Shown piece by piece: positions 44,208 to 47,980 of a DNA stretch of 47,980 nt. This stretch comes from an uncultured Nitrososphaerales archaeon (GTDB lineage: Archaea; Thermoproteota; Nitrososphaeria; Conexivisphaerales; DTJL01): NCBI GenBank assembly GCA_964475215.1, contig CAYYVT010000171.1:1-47980 (forward strand), written 5' to 3'. Every line of letters begins with the position of its first letter. Position 1 is the stretch's first letter. Position numbers and translations under genes: made by a program. The notes beneath the pieces were generated by a model. The model was not told the origin of the DNA. It saw nothing but the letters and a program-made list of their open reading frames with translations, and did not search any database.

Positions 44208-45547
44208 GCGTTCTCTCCCAAGAGGCGCTTGACGATTGACCGATAGTTGGGGATTTCGGCGATTTCGAACTTGGCCTTGGGCTTTCGGAGGGTCCTCGTG
44301 GCATCAATCCCGAGCTTGTCCGTCAGGAGGCTCTCTTGGTCTGCGGAGGGGTCGAGGCTGGAACCCTTCGCCCCCTTGATCATCAGGAGGCCCCTTGAGG
44401 CCTGGAACCTGGTAGCCACCGCGTACTCAACCATCTTTGGATCCGAGGGGTCGATGTCATCGTCCACCACGGTCGCCATCTTCAACGAGGGGTGCGATGC
44501 GAAGGCGGCGACAAGGGCGTTCTTCGGCTCGCCCTCCAGGCGCTTTGAAATCTGAATGACGGCGTGCAGCCAGTTGCAACCGCCCTCGGTGAGTATCACC
44601 TTCTTGGTCGAGGGGACCGCGTCGCGGACGGCCTTGTTCATCTTTATCTCCACCGGATATGACATCAGCATCCTGTGTTCTAGGCCTCCGGGGAGGATGT
44701 CCCTGTAGAGGGCCCCCTTCCTGTGATAGAGCTTGTGCACCTCCACGATGGGCTGCTCCCTCGCGGCGTCATAGTTGCCCAACATCTCCACCATCGCCTC
44801 CTTCGAGGTCCTGGAGCCGATGACGCCCGTCATGACGATCTCTGCCTCTGAGGGGACCAGGAGGCCTCCATCTACTTCGCATGTGGCCATTTCCCCGCCC
44901 AACAGGGAGTTGGCGAGGGTGAGCTCGTCGTAGCCGTAGGGGGCTTGGAAGGCTGCCGCCATCTCGACGGCTGGGTGGGCCCCGATCACGATAGCCACCG
45001 GGAGGTCCTTCCCAGCCTCCTGAGCCAGAGAATGGGCCCTGTGGAGGTGCCTGCCCTCCACCATCCGAACGACCAAGTGGCCGTCGTCCAGCCTCAGGAG
45101 GCGGTGGACCGACAGGTTTTGGGTCCCCGTCTCCAAGTTCTTGGCGATCACCATGGAGCTCGTTATGTAGGGACCGCTGTCATCGGCGAAGTGATGAACG
45201 ACCGGCAGATCGCCTAGACGAGCTGGCTTCTCGGAGAAGTGAAAGGCCCCCTCGTCGACCAGAGCAGGCTTGACGGGGACGGCCACGGACGACATGAAGA
45301 ACTTCTCAAACGAGGGAACGTCCGTCATCAGCGCCTCCGCGAACTTCCGGTGAGAGGAAAGCAGGTTCGCAACGATGGGGAACCTGCCCGTGGTGGGCCT
45401 CTTGATCATGACGGCCTTCCTTCCATCCAGGGCCTTCTCCAGGGCGGCCACCTCGAACTTCGTCGAAACGGGCGCGTCGAAGGAGGCGATCTCCTTGGCG
45501 CCCAGGCGGGCGAGGTATGACTGAAGGCTGGGGGCCTCTTTCTTCAT
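44204..45547 (-). CDS. UbiD-family prFMN decarboxylase (anhydromevalonate phosphate decarboxylase-like)
   Basis: DSGPYITS, NLSVHR, EGRHL, EAEIV, EGGCNWLHAVIQI, VVDDDID, GSSLDPS; translationally coupled to DUF126. Confidence 0.88.
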   Translation of the reverse strand: MKKEAPSLQSYLARLGAKEIASFDAPVSTKFEVAALEKALDGRKAVMIKRPTTGRFPIVANLLSSHRKFAEALMTDVPSFEKFFMSSVAVPVKPALVDEGAFHFSEKPARLGDLPVVHHFADDSGPYITSSMVIAKNLETGTQNLSVHRLLRLDDGHLVVRMVEGRHLHRAHSLAQEAGKDLPVAIVIGAHPAVEMAAAFQAPYGYDELTLANSLLGGEMATCEVDGGLLVPSEAEIVMTGVIGSRTSKEAMVEMLGNYDAAREQPIVEVHKLYHRKGALYRDILPGGLEHRMLMSYPVEIKMNKAVRDAVPSTKKVILTEGGCNWLHAVIQISKRLEGEPKNALVAAFASHPSLKMATVVDDDIDPSDPKMVEYAVATRFQASRGLLMIKGAKGSSLDPSADQESLLTDKLGIDATRTLRKPKAKFEIAEIPNYRSIVKRLLGENA

Positions 45548-45680
45548 GTCCGCAAATAACCGCCTATGGCATGCTAATAATCGTTCGCCCGCCAGGTTCG
45601 CTTCTTGGCGGGTCGATGAAGGCTTCAGGGGGGAACGCCCCCGTCGGTGCTAATATGCTCTTGATGGCTCTGCTTTTGCC

Positions 45681-47546
45681 TTGAGCGGCCCCGCGTTTCC
45701 CTACGAATCCCCTCGCCCAGGACAGGAGGAGGTCTCAAGGGCTATCATCGCCGCTGCCCTCAAAGGGGAGGGACTGGCCGTGGAGGCTCCCAATGGTTTC
45801 GGCAAGACTGCCTCAGCCCTAGCGGCTGCCATTTCCCTTATCGCCGACCAGGGCTTCTCCTGCACATACGTCGTCAGGACCAAGAGGGAGATGGAGCGGG
45901 TCCTAGAGGAGGTACTTAGGTTCGGCGCGGGGGCAAGGGCAGCCCCCCTCCTGTCGATGGCTGACGGTTGTCTGCTGAAAGAATTGGAGCGCGTCCCCCT
46001 CCCCTCTGAGGTACTTCCAAATTACTGCAGGGGGAGCGTGTCGTCTGGAAGGTGCTTCTTCTATGACGCGCTACAGAGGTCCCGCCGATTCCTTGCGTTT
46101 CCGATCGGAGGGATCGAAGACTTCCTAAAGCGCTGCCAGACGTTCAGAGTCTGCCCCTACTTCCTGGCCAGGGACAGGGCTGCGGACTCGGACCTGGTGG
46201 TCACCACCTATCCGCACTTACTTGACGAAGCGCTCCGGGGCCAGCTGCTTGGGATGAGGAGGGGGTGGAGGAGGAGCCTGGTGATCTTTGATGAAGCTCA
46301 CAACCTTCCGGAGATGATCTATCTCACGTCGGGAAGGGCGATCAGCCTCGCGGAGATGGAGACCCTTGGGACCATCGCTGCAACTAGGGGGAGGAGCCAA
46401 GAGCTGATGTTCTGCGATAAGGTGAGGCTGTGGCTCCAGTCTCTGAGCTTGAAAGAGGGCCAGGAGATTGTGATGACGACCGATCAGGCCATGAGGTCGT
46501 CGAGGCTCCAGGTCGAGGTTGAGACTCTCCTCGTCTCGCAACAGATGAAGACGTCGATGATGTTCGTGGCGGAACCCCTGGACAGGGCGTTCCTCCTAAG
46601 GCTTCGCCTTTTCGAACTGGCCTCTTCGCTCGCGAGGGCGCTCGGGAGGGATGACTCGAGGGTATTGGTCAGGTCGCATGGGGGAGACGTTTCGATGGTG
46701 GTCCGCTTTCTGGACGTCAGGAAGGAGTTCTCGCTGATGATGAAGGGGCTATGGAGCCCGGTCTTCCTGTCCGCCACCTTCTTCGACTACGGGGGCTTCT
46801 CTGGCGCCCTGGGGGTGGAGCGAGGGAGCTTCCTCAGGATCGGGGTCGACCCATTAGAAAGGCGGTGCCTGACGCTTGTGGACGTCGGGGTGACCACAGA
46901 GTACAGGACAAGAGGAAGGGAGCAATTTGCCGCCATAGCGTCTCGCCTCGCTAACGTCGCAAGGGCGGCTCGAGGAAGCACGGCTTCCTTCTTCCCTTCC
47001 TATGATGTCCTAGAAGGGGTGGCAAGCGAGCTTCCCGCCTTCTCCTCTTCGGAATTGGTGAAGGAGGAGAGGGGAATGAGGTCAGAAAGGCAGGCCGAGG
47101 CCGTGCGAAGGGTGACGTCCTCTCCAGGATGTATGTTGCTTGGGGTGATGGGAGGGAGGTTCTCTGAAGGGGAGGACTTCGCGTCGGGCGGGCTAGCAGC
47201 CGTGTCCGTGGTGGGTCTCCCCCTCCCTCCCCCTTCTAGGGAGCTTTCAGAGAGGATGGCCTTCGGAAGGACGGGAGGGGGGCCATGGATATACGATTCG
47301 TTGGTGATAATCCCCGCCGTATCGAAGGTCGTTCAGGCGGCCGGGAGGCTCTTCAGGAGAAAGGGGCAGCGCGGGGTCGTAGTTCTACTGGACAGACGCT
47401 TCGGAAGGAAGCATGTGATCGAGCTCTTCCCCCTATGGCTTAGGGAGAAGGTCGTCCGGACGGACTCATCGGACTTCACGCAGCTCTCCTCCTTGGTGGA
47501 AGGTCCTAGCAGATGCCCGCCCGAGCCGGCCGCCTCCCAGGGTTAA
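45681..47546 (+). CDS. xpd: XPD/Rad3-family Fe-S DNA helicase
   Basis: FPYESPRPGQ, APNGFGKT, four Fe-S Cys (GC, YC, RC, VCPYF), DEAHN, SAT, FSEGEDF, QAAGRLFR. Confidence 0.88.
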   Translation: MSGPAFPYESPRPGQEEVSRAIIAAALKGEGLAVEAPNGFGKTASALAAAISLIADQGFSCTYVVRTKREMERVLEEVLRFGAGARAAPLLSMADGCLLKELERVPLPSEVLPNYCRGSVSSGRCFFYDALQRSRRFLAFPIGGIEDFLKRCQTFRVCPYFLARDRAADSDLVVTTYPHLLDEALRGQLLGMRRGWRRSLVIFDEAHNLPEMIYLTSGRAISLAEMETLGTIAATRGRSQELMFCDKVRLWLQSLSLKEGQEIVMTTDQAMRSSRLQVEVETLLVSQQMKTSMMFVAEPLDRAFLLRLRLFELASSLARALGRDDSRVLVRSHGGDVSMVVRFLDVRKEFSLMMKGLWSPVFLSATFFDYGGFSGALGVERGSFLRIGVDPLERRCLTLVDVGVTTEYRTRGREQFAAIASRLANVARAARGSTASFFPSYDVLEGVASELPAFSSSELVKEERGMRSERQAEAVRRVTSSPGCMLLGVMGGRFSEGEDFASGGLAAVSVVGLPLPPPSRELSERMAFGRTGGGPWIYDSLVIIPAVSKVVQAAGRLFRRKGQRGVVVLLDRRFGRKHVIELFPLWLREKVVRTDSSDFTQLSSLVEGPSRCPPEPAASQG

Positions 47547-47574
47547 TAAGTCCGGGAGGACGAATGAATCGCAG

Positions 47575-47980
47575 TTGCCTGAACTGAAGCCCCCCGGGGT
47601 GCATCTTGTAGTGGTTCCGCTTTCCGAAAGGCCCTACCTCATGAGGCGCTGGGCGTCGGCCGTGGGCCGATTCAGGGCAATCGACCTGGACTGCAGCCTA
47701 CCGCCCCTCTTTCCCAAGGAGCAGGAGGGCTTCCAAGTCCTCCTTGAGGGCGGCGACGTTTTCTCTGCCGTGGCGGACATCTACTCTCTCCAGAGGAGCG
47801 AGGAGCCCATCCTCCTTAACTCGCTGGGGACACTGCAAGCCGAGGCCAGGGCGTTGGGAGGGGAGAGGGACTGGAGTCGAATGTTCTTCAAATATGTGGT
47901 TTACGTCGCCACCGCCTGCAGGGCGAAGGCGGACTCCACCCTCCTCTTGGTCAACCTGATCAGGGAGAGCGCTGCAAGGG
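47575..47980 (+). CDS. Hypothetical protein, 3' truncated by window (possibly degenerate RecA/RadB-like fold)
   Basis: TTG at 47575, frame open to the window end (MPELKPPGVHLVVVP...ILLNSLGTL...LLLVNL); not in the ORF track because it has no stop. Confidence 0.55.
   Translation, partial: MPELKPPGVHLVVVPLSERPYLMRRWASAVGRFRAIDLDCSLPPLFPKEQEGFQVLLEGGDVFSAVADIYSLQRSEEPILLNSLGTLQAEARALGGERDWSRMFFKYVVYVATACRAKADSTLLLVNLIRESAAR

Noticed and set aside
45586-45616. Short GC-rich hairpin (CCCGCCA/TGGCGGG) between ubiD and xpd
   Set aside because: A 7-bp stem in GC-rich DNA is not distinguishable from chance
1-47980. CRISPR arrays, rRNA, SRP/RNase P RNA, IS elements, and the many antisense or shadow ORFs
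   Set aside because: No regularly spaced repeats, RNA signatures or transposase motifs found by eye; shadow ORFs are expected at this GC content and lie over well-supported genes

Overview
GC-rich (roughly 60% by eye) archaeal chromosomal segment, most consistent with a basal, probably non-ammonia-oxidising Nitrososphaerota/TACK lineage. Supporting signs are UPF0147/UPF0148 genes, AcnX-small plus UbiD of the archaeal modified mevalonate pathway, BHB-intron tRNAs, a stand-alone TRAM protein and many TTG starts. It holds about 50 CDS: fixC/fixX and a fused etfBA, a class III aminotransferase, a three-subunit PaoABC-like molybdenum hydroxylase operon with a DUF5678-like gene and two retropepsin-like genes, a divergent cytochrome b, two phosphohexomutases, thiL, a sulfite-oxidase-family protein, a GMC oxidoreductase, mscL, FKBP, a DEAD-box helicase, sufCBDSU, and Hef-like and XPD helicases. 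There are three tRNAs: Arg-UCU, Leu-GAG and a Thr-CGU interrupted by three BHB introns. Most notable: (1) an apparently Tat-exported Mo-hydroxylase with non-standard active-site loops, facing a quinone-type cytochrome b and co-transcribed with a tandem pair of degenerate aspartic proteases; (2) its Tat-bearing subunit has no canonical start codon (best candidate ACG); (3) C at normally invariant or pairing U positions in two tRNAs (C33, C70, C55). Points 2 and 3 together raise a testable but speculative hypothesis of C-to-U RNA editing. No CRISPR array, rRNA, transposase or integrase was seen.
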